Below, in pieces: positions 8,921-19,415 of a stretch of 64,000 nucleotides of DNA; position 1 is the stretch's first letter; every line of letters begins with the position of its first letter. Source of the DNA: a virus; UHGV virus genome UHGV-0072281; one strand, written 5' to 3'. A program made the translations under genes and the position numbers. The notes beneath the pieces are model-generated. The model worked only from the letters and a program-made list of their open reading frames with translations. It did no database searches and was not told where the DNA came from.

Positions 8921-10879
8921 ATGTCTGATTCATTAGACCAACGTCCTGGCAATGGACGCCGTCGTCTACAGACGGAACCTGTACAGGTTCACATCCCTGA
9001 GCTCGACTACAGCACTATGTCAGCGGACGATGGGATTATGGCCATTAAACGTGCCAACCCACAACTGTCCTTTGCAGAAGCTGAAGAAGCGTACAAAGGA
9101 CTGAACGTGGTGAAAGAAGAACCTATTCTTCAACCGCCTACGTTCGAAGAAGAACCCCTTCCTGAATTTCTACAGACCGAACTGACAGGACAACCTGTCA
9201 TTGCTGAAGTTGTAGAGCGTAAAGAAGTGGTCGTTGAAGAACGTAAACCGGAACCTGTCCTGGTAGCGGAAAAAACGCGGGAAGAATATGTTCCACCGGC
9301 TCCTGAACCTCAGGCACCTGCGGCGGATCACGAACCAGAAGCGACGCCCGTAGTAAAAGAGAAAGCTTCTACCGAACGTATCAACTTTGGCGATCAACCT
9401 GTTCATGAAGAGTTCTCGGAATTGGAAGAGGATTCAGAAGCCAGTGTAATGGCAAGCTTCGGCACGCTTATCGGTCTTTGCCAGGACCCGAACCTCGTCG
9501 GAAATGATTTGAAGAAGTTCTTCTCAAGTATTCCGAAAAGCAAAGACGGGCGCATGTTGTTCAAGTCCGAAGAACAGCGCGATTTGTACGAACGTCTGTA
9601 TCGTGCCCTGAACATGTCCCCACCTCGTTTACAGAATAACCTGCAAGCGTTTGATGTGGCCCTGTCACGTGATGACACAGCTTGGGAGCAGCGAGTACAG
9701 TTGCCGGGGATGAATAAACCGGTAGGTCTGATCAGTACCCGTCTCAACCAGCAGACAGGTGCAATTGCAGCCCTGCGTCGTCGTCGTAAATCTGGTATTC
9801 CTAACTGGGTATGGTTACCTGCCACGGGTATCTTCGTCGGCTTCCGTGCACCGTTGGAGCGCGAGATTTGTGACTTCGATATTGAATTGGCGTTAGAAAC
9901 CGCGAAGATTGGGATGCAGACTTATGGTCTGATGCTCTCCGCATCTTCTGGTGTTTACTTAAGCCACATGATCGAATTCGCTTTACGGTTTGTTACCGAT
10001 TGCAGCTTAGACTGCGAAGGTAACGACATGAAGACCGTACTGATGGATACCATCGATATTGCTGACTACTGGTTACTGTTAATCGGCGTTATGCAAGCGA
10101 AGTTCCCAGGTGGTTTACCGTGGACGCTGATTTGTGGCCACGAAGGTTGCGGTCATCAGGAAGACGTTCGTCTGAACCTGGCACGCTGTATCCGTATGGG
10201 GACTTCTCTGTATACGGACATTCAGCGTAATCTGTGGGCACTTCAACGCGGTAAAGACGACGCGACGATCACCCGTGCTGACCAGCGTAAGTTCGTTGAA
10301 GAACACATTAAAGACCCATCAGCGATTTTCGAACAAGACGGTATTATCGTTAAGTTTGGTCGTTCTACCCTGGGTAAATTCTTCGACAACACCGAACGTT
10401 GGATTGAAGAAACTAACGCTGCCACGACCTCTGCGTTGGCAGAGAAGGGCACAGAACGTGAGCGTGAAGACCACTTACGCTTAACCGCTGAAGCTCGTCG
10501 TCTAACCCGTTACGCGCACATGGTTGAATCTATCACCGTTATGGAAGAAATCTACGACGGTGAAGAATCCCACGAAGAACCTATCGTAGAGAAAGATTAC
10601 GATAAGATCGTCCAGATGTTGGAAGAACTGTCGTCCGATCGTAAATACGTGGCTAACTTCGAAGGCGCTATTGCGACGTACAACGACCGTAGCCGTCTGG
10701 CGGTGTTCGGGTATATGGGTCAACGTTGCCCAGCGTGTGGTAAAGCCGATGAAGGCGAGAAAGAAGGCGTGTATCGTGGTATCGTAACGATTTCCCCGGA
10801 CCGCGTTTTTTTCGAGCTATCTCGAGTGGTGTTCGAGATTCAGCGGTTTATGAGGGATCAATTCGGCGTTACTGGCTAG
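8921..10879 (+). CDS. hypothetical protein with acidic Pro/Glu-rich linker and C-terminal Cys pairs
   Basis: 652 aa; GAGG SD; region PEPVLVAEK..PAPEPQAPAADHEPEATP; CPACGK and CGHEGCGH motifs. Confidence 0.8.
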   Translation: MSDSLDQRPGNGRRRLQTEPVQVHIPELDYSTMSADDGIMAIKRANPQLSFAEAEEAYKGLNVVKEEPILQPPTFEEEPLPEFLQTELTGQPVIAEVVERKEVVVEERKPEPVLVAEKTREEYVPPAPEPQAPAADHEPEATPVVKEKASTERINFGDQPVHEEFSELEEDSEASVMASFGTLIGLCQDPNLVGNDLKKFFSSIPKSKDGRMLFKSEEQRDLYERLYRALNMSPPRLQNNLQAFDVALSRDDTAWEQRVQLPGMNKPVGLISTRLNQQTGAIAALRRRRKSGIPNWVWLPATGIFVGFRAPLEREICDFDIELALETAKIGMQTYGLMLSASSGVYLSHMIEFALRFVTDCSLDCEGNDMKTVLMDTIDIADYWLLLIGVMQAKFPGGLPWTLICGHEGCGHQEDVRLNLARCIRMGTSLYTDIQRNLWALQRGKDDATITRADQRKFVEEHIKDPSAIFEQDGIIVKFGRSTLGKFFDNTERWIEETNAATTSALAEKGTEREREDHLRLTAEARRLTRYAHMVESITVMEEIYDGEESHEEPIVEKDYDKIVQMLEELSSDRKYVANFEGAIATYNDRSRLAVFGYMGQRCPACGKADEGEKEGVYRGIVTISPDRVFFELSRVVFEIQRFMRDQFGVTG

Positions 10880-10992
10880 ACCCGAGAGAGATTCCTTCAG
10901 ACCACGTCATTAACACGCTTAAGTTAGACACCACCTCTTTATTCAAGCAACGCAGCACCCGCCCTATCACTTATCAAGAAGCGCATGACGAA

Positions 10993-11301
10993 TTGTTAGG
11001 TGCTTACGATTTGTCGATAGGGCTGGACACCGGTTCAAAGCACGTCGGCTTGTCAGATTTCGAAAACCCGGAATACGGGAGCTTACACGAAATTTGGATG
11101 GAAGTTTATTTGCGTGAGCAGATAAATGAACATTATCGACTCTCGTTTGACGAGTGGCTTAATCGTCCTCGTTGGGAGATTATGATGATGTTACGTGTGC
11201 TTAATCGCCGTAAAGCGTCGATTAAGAAAATCATGAGTGATGTTGCTGGCAGTGACCCAGAACTGCAAAATCTTGAGAAAGAGCTTAAGTTGAAAGGTTG
11301 A
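10993..11301 (+). CDS. hypothetical protein (start uncertain, TTG at 10993 or ATG at 11098)
   Basis: 102-aa ORF ending just before terminator. Confidence 0.45.
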   Translation: MLGAYDLSIGLDTGSKHVGLSDFENPEYGSLHEIWMEVYLREQINEHYRLSFDEWLNRPRWEIMMMLRVLNRRKASIKKIMSDVAGSDPELQNLEKELKLKG

Positions 11302-11304
11302 ATT

Positions 11305-11346
11305 TAAGGGAGTCTTAATAGACTCCCTTAGCTTTTTCTTTTTTTT
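11305..11346 (+). terminator. intrinsic terminator
   Basis: Hairpin taagggagtc-ttaata-gactccctta followed by long T-run. Confidence 0.8.
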
Positions 11347-11382
11347 TTGCTTTGGTATGAACCCCTTGTATTGGAAAAGGCT

Positions 11383-12234
11383 ATGATTGACATTTATACA
11401 GATTACGCCGCCGTTCTTACCGTCAATCGTTCGGAGGAACGTGCTGCACCGTTTCTGGATTTAGTCACGCTTTGCATGGACTACGGATACGACGTTGCGT
11501 TAAGTGATGTATACTGGCAACCGTCTTCTGACCCGGCTGACGAAACGGTTCGATTAGAAGGCATTATCGTTAAGTGTGCGGTAGCGTTAGGTAACCGTCT
11601 AGGGATAGCGTTAAATCCCCAGGAAGTTTACCATAAACCCAAAGAAACCGTACGTATTTTGGACGGTATTACTTCCAAGTTTGAAGAGTTTGAAGACACC
11701 GATACGCTTTATGGTATTGTGATGTCGGGCGAGACGCCAGAATACATTCTGGAAAGTATCTGTCGTTACGTTTACGGCGATGACAATATCCATTTCGAAG
11801 ATTTGGTTGTTCGGGTGTCTCCTCGTGTAATGACAGTGATGAGGAACTACCTGTCTTCTGTGACCGTAGACGAACAATTAGCGGCAGGTAACGACAGACG
11901 TTTGTCACGTATCGCTGATTACCTTCGTTTATATCCTCAAAACCCCTCAGCGTTCGTATTCCTTAACTTACCAGACCTGCCTGATTTGACCGTGGTTCAG
12001 CAGTCGCTGGTCTTCGATGTTGAAGACTACTCGGAAGCCGAGCTGTTGGTAATGTATGCAGTGGGCTTAACGATTATCGATAACGAGGATTACGAAGATG
12101 CGTATGGTGCGTTATCAGAGAACCTGGAGAAGCTCAACAACGAAGGGTTAAAACCGATTCCTATCTTGCAACCTGCTCTGGAAAGCTTGAAGGAGATTTA
12201 TAAGGTAGCGGAGGAAGACAATGACGAGATTTGA
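11383..12234 (+). CDS. hypothetical protein
   Basis: ATG 11383 preceded by GGAAAAGG; 283 aa; 14-nt overlap with next gene. Confidence 0.7.
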   Translation: MIDIYTDYAAVLTVNRSEERAAPFLDLVTLCMDYGYDVALSDVYWQPSSDPADETVRLEGIIVKCAVALGNRLGIALNPQEVYHKPKETVRILDGITSKFEEFEDTDTLYGIVMSGETPEYILESICRYVYGDDNIHFEDLVVRVSPRVMTVMRNYLSSVTVDEQLAAGNDRRLSRIADYLRLYPQNPSAFVFLNLPDLPDLTVVQQSLVFDVEDYSEAELLVMYAVGLTIIDNEDYEDAYGALSENLEKLNNEGLKPIPILQPALESLKEIYKVAEEDNDEI

Positions 12235-13522
12235 GTTTCTGGTGGCGGCTTGTAAAGCTGAAGCCTGGCGTCGTTTAGTGTGGCGTATTGCAATATTCAA
12301 CATGTCAGTGTTCCCGTCGAATCGTGAAGAACCTGAAGCGTTCGATATTACGTATATCGACGGAATGCCGCACTATTACGCGGTAGAAGATGGGAAAGGG
12401 GATTGGCAGCCCATTACTGATGGCGTGAAAGACCAAGAACTGTTTATTCCCGAAGAACAGTTTGAGTTGAAAGTCGATGACTACCCAGGATTAGAAGGAC
12501 CGATTCCTACTACCGTAGGACGTTATATTTTTAACTGGGTTGTTATCTGGTATGCGTTTGGTACACGCTTGCCGTATATGGGTATTTCACAAAACCCGTT
12601 AGAGTATCGTAAAGAGATGCACCGTCGTTGTTTGGATCACGAAACCGATGAACCTGAGAACGAAGGTGCTATTCGTCCGAGCATGATAGAACGCTTTGTA
12701 AGCGGCTTACACGAACTTGCACCGTTAACCGCTGGTATTGCACCAACAGGTACACTTAGAAGCCTTACGGTGCATCCTGATGCGTATAAAATACGTGATG
12801 CGTTGCTGTTAAAGCATAAGGACGAGTTAGACGACCCAGCAGTGATTGTTAAGATAGAAAAAGCACTGGACGAACTGGATAAACAGTGGCTGTCAGGTGA
12901 CCAATCTATCGAGTTCTATAACTCACCAAAATCACGAATGCGTCGACGTAAGTTGATGCTGATGTACGGGATTGAATCGTCTTTCCAGGAAGGGGGTAAC
13001 TATACGTTAATTCCTAACGCACTGGTGGAAGTTGATAAGGCGGGAATGGATAACCTGGTCGCGAAGTTTAACTCTATTCGCGAAGGTTCGTTCTCGCGTG
13101 GTGCAGAAACCGCGAAAGGTGGGGAACAGGTACGTATCATTCAGATGATTTTCCAGAACCACCGAATCGTTGCAGGTGATTGCGGGACGAAACTCACGCA
13201 CCCTGTGGTTATCACAAAAGACAACGTAAAACGTTACGTTGGGATGAACGCGATGGTTAATGGGAAGTTAACCTCCTTGACGGAAGAGTTTTTGAATAGT
13301 CAGCTAGGGAAAGTTGTGCGTCTACGCCGACCCATCTTATGTCAATACGGCCACATCGACTGCTGTACTGCGTGCTCCTCCGAAGCGAAAGGTGAAGAAC
13401 CTCGCGCTATCGCGGCGGATATTTCGTCAGCGTTCTCTAACGTTATGTCCGTGGCAATGGCCGCAATGCACGGTAAAGAAACCGTCGTTCAAGAATACGA
13501 TCCGTTGATCCATATCACCTAA
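12221..13522 (+). CDS. hypothetical protein
   Basis: 433 aa; GAGGAAGA SD before ATG. Confidence 0.8.
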   Translation: MTRFEFLVAACKAEAWRRLVWRIAIFNMSVFPSNREEPEAFDITYIDGMPHYYAVEDGKGDWQPITDGVKDQELFIPEEQFELKVDDYPGLEGPIPTTVGRYIFNWVVIWYAFGTRLPYMGISQNPLEYRKEMHRRCLDHETDEPENEGAIRPSMIERFVSGLHELAPLTAGIAPTGTLRSLTVHPDAYKIRDALLLKHKDELDDPAVIVKIEKALDELDKQWLSGDQSIEFYNSPKSRMRRRKLMLMYGIESSFQEGGNYTLIPNALVEVDKAGMDNLVAKFNSIREGSFSRGAETAKGGEQVRIIQMIFQNHRIVAGDCGTKLTHPVVITKDNVKRYVGMNAMVNGKLTSLTEEFLNSQLGKVVRLRRPILCQYGHIDCCTACSSEAKGEEPRAIAADISSAFSNVMSVAMAAMHGKETVVQEYDPLIHIT

Positions 13523-13534
13523 GGATTATTAGTA

Positions 13535-14044
13535 ATGGCAACCAAAGACATTTCTACCCAAGATGCTCGTCCCGCTGCTGTTAAGCGCTCCGCAGAAGCG
13601 GCAGTAGCTTATAGCCAAGATGACTCTTATCAGGTAAACCTTATTGCTGCGCAGTTAGACGAAGCAGGGAATACCATCGGTACCAACAAACCGAAAAACA
13701 CGTCGGAAGCAGACGACGCTTTCCGTAAACTGCATCAGTCTTTCCGTAGCCTGTTTGAACTGCGTGGTCAGGCGTTTATCGACGCTTTTAACGTTTTCGT
13801 TGCTGCTGCGATTAAACACAAGCGTAGCATCTTCTATTACCCGAATGTGAACTACCACCTGGATTGGTTCCACGATTCTGCTGAACGTGAAACCTACGTG
13901 GTGTTTATCAACATGCTGGTACGTTTTGCTAACTCTCAAGATAAAGCAAACTTCGCACAGCGTGACAACGTTAACCGTCTGCTGCAACGCGTAACTGACC
14001 CAGAGCTGCAACAGCTGCTGGCGTACTGCTTCAACGCGGCTTAA
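13535..14044 (+). CDS. hypothetical protein
   Basis: 169 aa; AAGGA SD; followed by terminator. Confidence 0.8.
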   Translation: MATKDISTQDARPAAVKRSAEAAVAYSQDDSYQVNLIAAQLDEAGNTIGTNKPKNTSEADDAFRKLHQSFRSLFELRGQAFIDAFNVFVAAAIKHKRSIFYYPNVNYHLDWFHDSAERETYVVFINMLVRFANSQDKANFAQRDNVNRLLQRVTDPELQQLLAYCFNAA

Positions 14045-14050
14045 TAAGCA

Positions 14051-14096
14051 TTACCCTACTCCCGAGAGGAGTAGGGTAGCTTTTATTTTTTCTTAG
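14051..14096. terminator. bidirectional intrinsic terminator; copy 1 of a duplicated 47-bp module
   Basis: Hairpin taccctactcc-cgaga-ggagtagggta then gcttttattttttc; stop codon of minus gene (TTA 14093-14095) inside module. Confidence 0.8.
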
Positions 14097-15874
14097 TGGG
14101 TGGTTTTGATGTATTCAAACGGATCGGTAATAGCCTCACCTTGACGACGTAAGAATGCTTCTAACACAACGTTCTTATCTGGCAGTAAGAAGAAGTCTGT
14201 TGCAATTTCCATTGCATTAACACGCCCTGCGGTAAGGTTAATCCCTACACGACGTCGTACTTCTTCAGGAACACCATGAATACTCAGTAACTCGATTAAC
14301 GTTGTTTCACGAGACTGGTTCATCATGTTCGTTGCAGAAGGATACGCCTGGGTTAAATCCGCATCTGCGGTTTGCCCACGGAATGCAGTGTAGAAATCAT
14401 CAAACTCTTTAATGATTCCTCGCAGGCCGTTTTCCGCGTTCATACACGCAGTTAACGTAACAATCCAACCGTCCGTACCGATAACCTCTTCATCGAAATC
14501 ATTACGCATTGCACTACCTACACAACCGATAACTAATCCTTGTTCATAAAGGTAATAGGTGTAAGCAATACAAATACGTTTTGGTAACGAAGGGAAGATA
14601 TCGTACATCGAATAACCCGCCAGTACGGAAATTGCTGAAGACAAGTCGTTCGTCTTTTTATCCAACAACACAATCATCAGGTTATCGAAGATGTTGTAAA
14701 CGCAGTATTCGAGCGGGAACTCTTTCTGTGCTTTTAAGTGCCATTCCAGTTTCTCCTCGTAAGGCAGCTCTGGCAAGTCTAACTTGTTTAAGCCCAGTTC
14801 AGTTTCCAGAATAGCGTTAAGTTTGTAAGAAGGACGTTGACCTTCGTGAACCCGCAGTGAACGGAACAGACACATTGCATCCACACAGTAGAACGATGCG
14901 GTACAATAAAGTACGTGCCACTGTTGTGAAGGCGCTTTGGTCAGTGATTTCGATTCCGTTTTCTTCGATGCTTCGTCTTTCTTGAAGTAAACACGACGGT
15001 ATTGTTTCGGTACATCAGGATGACAAAAGACGTCTTCCGGCGGAATCCCTGCGGCTTCTAGTGCTTCTAACATGCGTGAAATATCGAACTCGTGGTTCCA
15101 TGCGACTAATAAGTCAGGTAGACGAGGGTGAATCTCTTCAAACATGCGTTGAATACAGCAGCCGGAGTTTAAGCATTCGTAAACGAAGATTTTATATCCG
15201 GCAATAACGTCTTTGATTTCGGTCTTAGAATTGCCTTCCTTGTCTTTGCCACGAAAAGCAATTTTAGAAAGTAACTCCTTCGCACGTTTAATTAGTCGCG
15301 CTTCGAAGTTCTCACGACCGCAACGCGCAACGTAGTCTTTCGTTGCGAAGAAATGAATTTCGTCATCCAAAACAAAACTCATAATCCAAGGGTCTCGAGA
15401 TTTGTCTTCTTCTCGAGTTTCCACGTCGTATACGCAAATACGGTTAGGTGAAACGGCGTTAGGCCATTTCTTTATATATCTTTCTTTAATCCAGCTGGTG
15501 ATGGGTAAGTCAGCCCAGTAAACGTACGGAGAGGTACAGACTTGACGTAATGAACGTTTTTTGTCAGGAAATCTTGCTCCTAGACCCATCTGGATAGTTT
15601 GTGACATCATCACATCCGTGGTCATGTATTCCTGACACTTACTGCGTTCTTCGTATTCTTTCTTTTCTTGATGGTTACGGTGTTGTGGTAAAGTAATGTA
15701 GATAGGCCGTTTCAGATTTTCACGCATGACGATACGCGGGATGAATCTGCCATCTTTAGTATGGACGACCTCCTTTATGAGCACGAAGTCGTTTTCTTTC
15801 TGCTGATCGGTTGCGTACGAAACAAATTTGCACTCTTTGGCAATAACGTCTTCCGGTGCGTAATAGTTATTCAT
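14093..15874 (-). CDS. family-B DNA polymerase-type 3'-5' exonuclease domain protein (possible N-terminal piece of a split DNA polymerase)
   Basis: 593 aa from ATG at 15874; Exo I-like ICVYDVETRE, Exo II-like WNHEFDISRML, Exo III-like YCVDAMCL in order; no YGDTDS-type polymerase motif seen. Confidence 0.5.
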   Translation of the reverse strand: MNNYYAPEDVIAKECKFVSYATDQQKENDFVLIKEVVHTKDGRFIPRIVMRENLKRPIYITLPQHRNHQEKKEYEERSKCQEYMTTDVMMSQTIQMGLGARFPDKKRSLRQVCTSPYVYWADLPITSWIKERYIKKWPNAVSPNRICVYDVETREEDKSRDPWIMSFVLDDEIHFFATKDYVARCGRENFEARLIKRAKELLSKIAFRGKDKEGNSKTEIKDVIAGYKIFVYECLNSGCCIQRMFEEIHPRLPDLLVAWNHEFDISRMLEALEAAGIPPEDVFCHPDVPKQYRRVYFKKDEASKKTESKSLTKAPSQQWHVLYCTASFYCVDAMCLFRSLRVHEGQRPSYKLNAILETELGLNKLDLPELPYEEKLEWHLKAQKEFPLEYCVYNIFDNLMIVLLDKKTNDLSSAISVLAGYSMYDIFPSLPKRICIAYTYYLYEQGLVIGCVGSAMRNDFDEEVIGTDGWIVTLTACMNAENGLRGIIKEFDDFYTAFRGQTADADLTQAYPSATNMMNQSRETTLIELLSIHGVPEEVRRRVGINLTAGRVNAMEIATDFFLLPDKNVVLEAFLRRQGEAITDPFEYIKTTH

Positions 15875-15945
15875 GTTTTCACTCTCAAATCTAGCGGCTG
15901 CTATACTGATTTGTGGGTAATGTAATTTCTCAAAAGGAAACACAA

Positions 15946-17280
15946 ATGGGATACTGGCAAAATCACATTGCATCAGTTGCGGATGCAAAGGTTGTAGCCG
16001 CAGAATCGATTAAATTCCAAGATAAAAAGAAACTCGCAGAACTGGCAGACATTATTGCTAAATTTCGTGCAGCCGGAGACTTTAGTCCGGCCGGTTACGA
16101 GAGTTCTGGTGTTTCTGATTGGGTATTTAAAACCAATGGTATTAGCATTAACTTTAAGAACGGTAGCGAACTCGGTTTATTCGACGTTGCCTTTGCAGGT
16201 GTAGAACCACCTAAACTGGACGCTAACAGTCCGGTAATTGCGTCAATGGCGCGTGCACTGTACGCAGGTAATAAAGACCTGGACATGTACAGTAAGTTCA
16301 TTAAAGAAAACGAACTGAACAGCAGCATTGACGATTCCAGTGCGAAAATCAGCGGCGACTTGAGCAAAGTCAGTTCCCCGCTTTACCTGACCCCGGTGCT
16401 GTTGGAGAAACTGGAGCTCACCGATTTGGAGGTTGCTGCGGTAATCCTTCATGAAGTCGGTCACGTTTATTATTACTTCCGTACGCTGATGCGTACCGTG
16501 GTAACGGATTTACTGGCAGACGCTGCGGCTAACCGTATCATGGAAACCGAAGACCCGGCTGTTCGTTTACGTGTGGTTAAAGACGTTGAACGAATGCTGA
16601 ACACGAAAGTGAATCAGCCAGAGACCATCTGCACTGAGTACAAGAAAGAAAACGTCTACATGCACCTGGTAACAGATTTGCTGTTAGACCGTCCGTTCAT
16701 TAGCGGTAGTCAAGGCTTTGCAAACCGTACCTGGGAACGTGCTGCTGACGACTTCGCTGCCCGCTTTGGTGCTGCCCCGTACTTAGCTTCTGCACTGTAC
16801 AAAATGGAAACCAGCCCGTTCTATCTACTGCGTAACTCGTCGTATATGAACATGGGTGTCCATTTGACGATTGAGTTGTTCCGTGTGACTGCGCTGATTG
16901 CCCAAGCTGCCATTCCGATTCTTCCGGTTATCTCTGTTACGTTTGGGATGATTCTGAACGACCCAGATAACACCATCTACGATCCGCCGCAGGAACGTTT
17001 TGAAGCGATGCGCCGTACGCTGGTAGAAGAACTGAATACCATCAAAGACAAAAACACGAAAGCGGCTAACGAGCAACGTAAACGTATTCTGGATGGTATC
17101 GCGGTAATTGATCGAATTCTACTCACGGTTAAAGACAAAGATAACCTGTATCAGTTTATCTGGAAGACGCTGACACCGAAAGGGCGTCGTGACCGTGCTG
17201 CGGTGGATTATCAGCGCGCTATCGGGAAGTATATGTCGAATGACCTCCGTATCGCATCTGCCATGTTTAACGTCGATTAA
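15946..17280 (+). CDS. HExxH zinc metallopeptidase-like protein
   Basis: 444 aa from ATG 15946 (AAGGAAA SD); motif AAVILHEVGHVYYY. Confidence 0.4.
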   Translation: MGYWQNHIASVADAKVVAAESIKFQDKKKLAELADIIAKFRAAGDFSPAGYESSGVSDWVFKTNGISINFKNGSELGLFDVAFAGVEPPKLDANSPVIASMARALYAGNKDLDMYSKFIKENELNSSIDDSSAKISGDLSKVSSPLYLTPVLLEKLELTDLEVAAVILHEVGHVYYYFRTLMRTVVTDLLADAAANRIMETEDPAVRLRVVKDVERMLNTKVNQPETICTEYKKENVYMHLVTDLLLDRPFISGSQGFANRTWERAADDFAARFGAAPYLASALYKMETSPFYLLRNSSYMNMGVHLTIELFRVTALIAQAAIPILPVISVTFGMILNDPDNTIYDPPQERFEAMRRTLVEELNTIKDKNTKAANEQRKRILDGIAVIDRILLTVKDKDNLYQFIWKTLTPKGRRDRAAVDYQRAIGKYMSNDLRIASAMFNVD

Positions 17281-17294
17281 GTAAAGGTAAAACC

Positions 17295-17738
17295 ATGACG
17301 CATAAAGTTTCTCTGAATTCGTTAGTTCTTGATTTTAAACGCGCTAACGAAGGTAAAGGTGTCCAGGCGCAGCGTGCCCTGACTGGCCTGGTTGCATTCT
17401 CGCTGGCGTATAATGCCGATATGCCAGACAACGGACCGTATGGTTCTAATGAAGTTTCACAAATCAAACTTCGTCCACTGATGAAAAACGTGGTATCCGA
17501 CGTTAACGAACTTTACTGCGTTGACTTAGGCACTGTCGAAGACCTGACCGTTGCGTTGTTCTGTAATCGTTACGACAGCGCCTGGGGTGGACGTCGTGCA
17601 ATTGAAAACTTCTCCGTACGTGAGATTTTCAACGAAGCCTTAGGTGATGATGTTTGGAACACTGTCAACTTGTGGCTGGAACGTTTTGTCGACGCAGTGA
17701 AATTCTACATGGATGAAACGCGAGGCAAATTATCATGA
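17295..17738 (+). CDS. hypothetical protein
   Basis: 147 aa; AAAGG SD; ATGA overlap with next gene. Confidence 0.75.
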   Translation: MTHKVSLNSLVLDFKRANEGKGVQAQRALTGLVAFSLAYNADMPDNGPYGSNEVSQIKLRPLMKNVVSDVNELYCVDLGTVEDLTVALFCNRYDSAWGGRRAIENFSVREIFNEALGDDVWNTVNLWLERFVDAVKFYMDETRGKLS

Positions 17739-19408
17739 GTATGGAAATGACAGCAAACATTGCACAACCGCAATGGAAACTCGACGAACTTCCAACTATT
17801 ATCGAACAGCGAATGGAAGAACGTATCGATTCTGTCAGCCAGCTCAACCTCTACATGCAGCGTAACGAAGCCGATTTGATTTACGGTTCACGTATTATCG
17901 CGCAGATTGAAGCGATTCTTCGTGAAGTTCGTAAAGCGGGTCTAAACCGCGACGTTGCCGTAGCGACGGAATCTTTGCGTCCGGGCACTATCCCGAAAGC
18001 GGTGCAGAGCATCCTGACGTCGAACTACAGCCGTACTCATCAGAAAGAAACCGTCATCGCGCTAGAGTCTTACGCGAACTTCGGTAAGATCAGTCTTATC
18101 GTGATGGTAATGATGGGGATTATGAAAATCCTGAACTGGATTATCAGTAACGCTGTACCGTTTGCAGGGGCTGCTGACGTAGATGGGGACGAGTATCGTG
18201 ACAAACTCTTAGAGAAGATCGATGCGGTTCCTTTCATTGAACGTCTGAAAATCACCGCGCTGAAAGAAGCGTATATGGACGCGTCGAAGGGACTGAAAGA
18301 CGGTGAACTGAATAACCTGGAATTGGCTATTCTGATGGCCGATGAAGTCCTGACGAACATGAACGCAGAAGACCTGTTGAATAAGCTTAGCGCAGCTCTG
18401 GGACGTTCTCCGTTCGTAGGGATGTTTAAAGACTACACGAAACGTCGTCAGAATGAACAGCAGGTTATCCACGATATCCTCGATACGTTGCTGCGTACTA
18501 ATATCGGTTGTGCGGTATTCAGTCAGCAGGTTTGTGACGAAGTGTACAAAGCTTTACCGGCGGACGTTCGTAAAGCAGGTATCAACATTCCTAACGAAGC
18601 GTTCTACCGCCAGATGGGAAGAAACCTGGAGAGCTTCTCCGCAGGGTTAAAACGTTTAGATCAGTCGTTAAAAGACCTCAAGTCGTATTACTTCTCGGGT
18701 GACCGCACGCTGGGTACGGATCAAGAAAACCGCATTAGTGCAACGGGGATCGTTCAAGCACTGGCGTTGCTTAACGGCGAAATTGAAATAGCGTTAACCG
18801 ATTTTGCATCGTGTCGTGGTGCACCGCTACCAACGATAATGGTGAAATCCGATCGTGACTTAATCGGTTATTCGTCTCGAGAGTTCGGTAATGGATTCAT
18901 CATCGCTTCTGCGGGGGTTAACTCGTATTTCGGTTCTGCGGCTAACATGGAAATTATGCGCCAGGAACTGAGCTTTACCAGCGGTGATTCTCGTGAATTG
19001 TTAGCGTGTCTGATTACGTTAGCTCGCAGCGGGATTACTAAAGGGCCAGCCGATACGTCTATTGACCGCTTCAAAGTGGTGGAGAAACAGATCGAGAAAG
19101 TGGTTAGCCAGTTGAAAGACATGTCACGCCAATCTCGTTCTGGTATGAACAGCAAAGCTTGGCAGATGATGGAACAAGCGTTCCGTGACGAAGCACAACG
19201 TTCAGATCTGTACGAATTGGGCTTTGGTCGTGAATTGACGACGATGACCGTGATGGACCCAGAACGAAACGTGTGGGATTCTGTTGCGTTTACGACGGAA
19301 CTGATTAAGTCCTGGACAACTGCCGCCGGTGCTCTGGCGACGATTCTGAAACGGGCTAAGAACAACCCGCTGGTAAAAGGTGGGAAGTTTAATAAACTCG
19401 TCGATTAA
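17735..19408 (+). CDS. hypothetical protein
   Basis: 557 aa ORF, translationally coupled to upstream gene. Confidence 0.8.
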   Translation: MSMEMTANIAQPQWKLDELPTIIEQRMEERIDSVSQLNLYMQRNEADLIYGSRIIAQIEAILREVRKAGLNRDVAVATESLRPGTIPKAVQSILTSNYSRTHQKETVIALESYANFGKISLIVMVMMGIMKILNWIISNAVPFAGAADVDGDEYRDKLLEKIDAVPFIERLKITALKEAYMDASKGLKDGELNNLELAILMADEVLTNMNAEDLLNKLSAALGRSPFVGMFKDYTKRRQNEQQVIHDILDTLLRTNIGCAVFSQQVCDEVYKALPADVRKAGINIPNEAFYRQMGRNLESFSAGLKRLDQSLKDLKSYYFSGDRTLGTDQENRISATGIVQALALLNGEIEIALTDFASCRGAPLPTIMVKSDRDLIGYSSREFGNGFIIASAGVNSYFGSAANMEIMRQELSFTSGDSRELLACLITLARSGITKGPADTSIDRFKVVEKQIEKVVSQLKDMSRQSRSGMNSKAWQMMEQAFRDEAQRSDLYELGFGRELTTMTVMDPERNVWDSVAFTTELIKSWTTAAGALATILKRAKNNPLVKGGKFNKLVD

Positions 19409-19415
19409 AAAAGAA

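Noticed and set aside
12221-13522. Possible second RNAP beta-prime-like fragment (motifs AGDCGT and GIAPTGTLRSLTVH)
   Set aside because: The trigger-loop-like motif precedes the DCGT-like motif, the reverse of the order in genuine beta-prime (seen correctly in ORF 4165-6264). The short matches are probably coincidental, so it is left as hypothetical.
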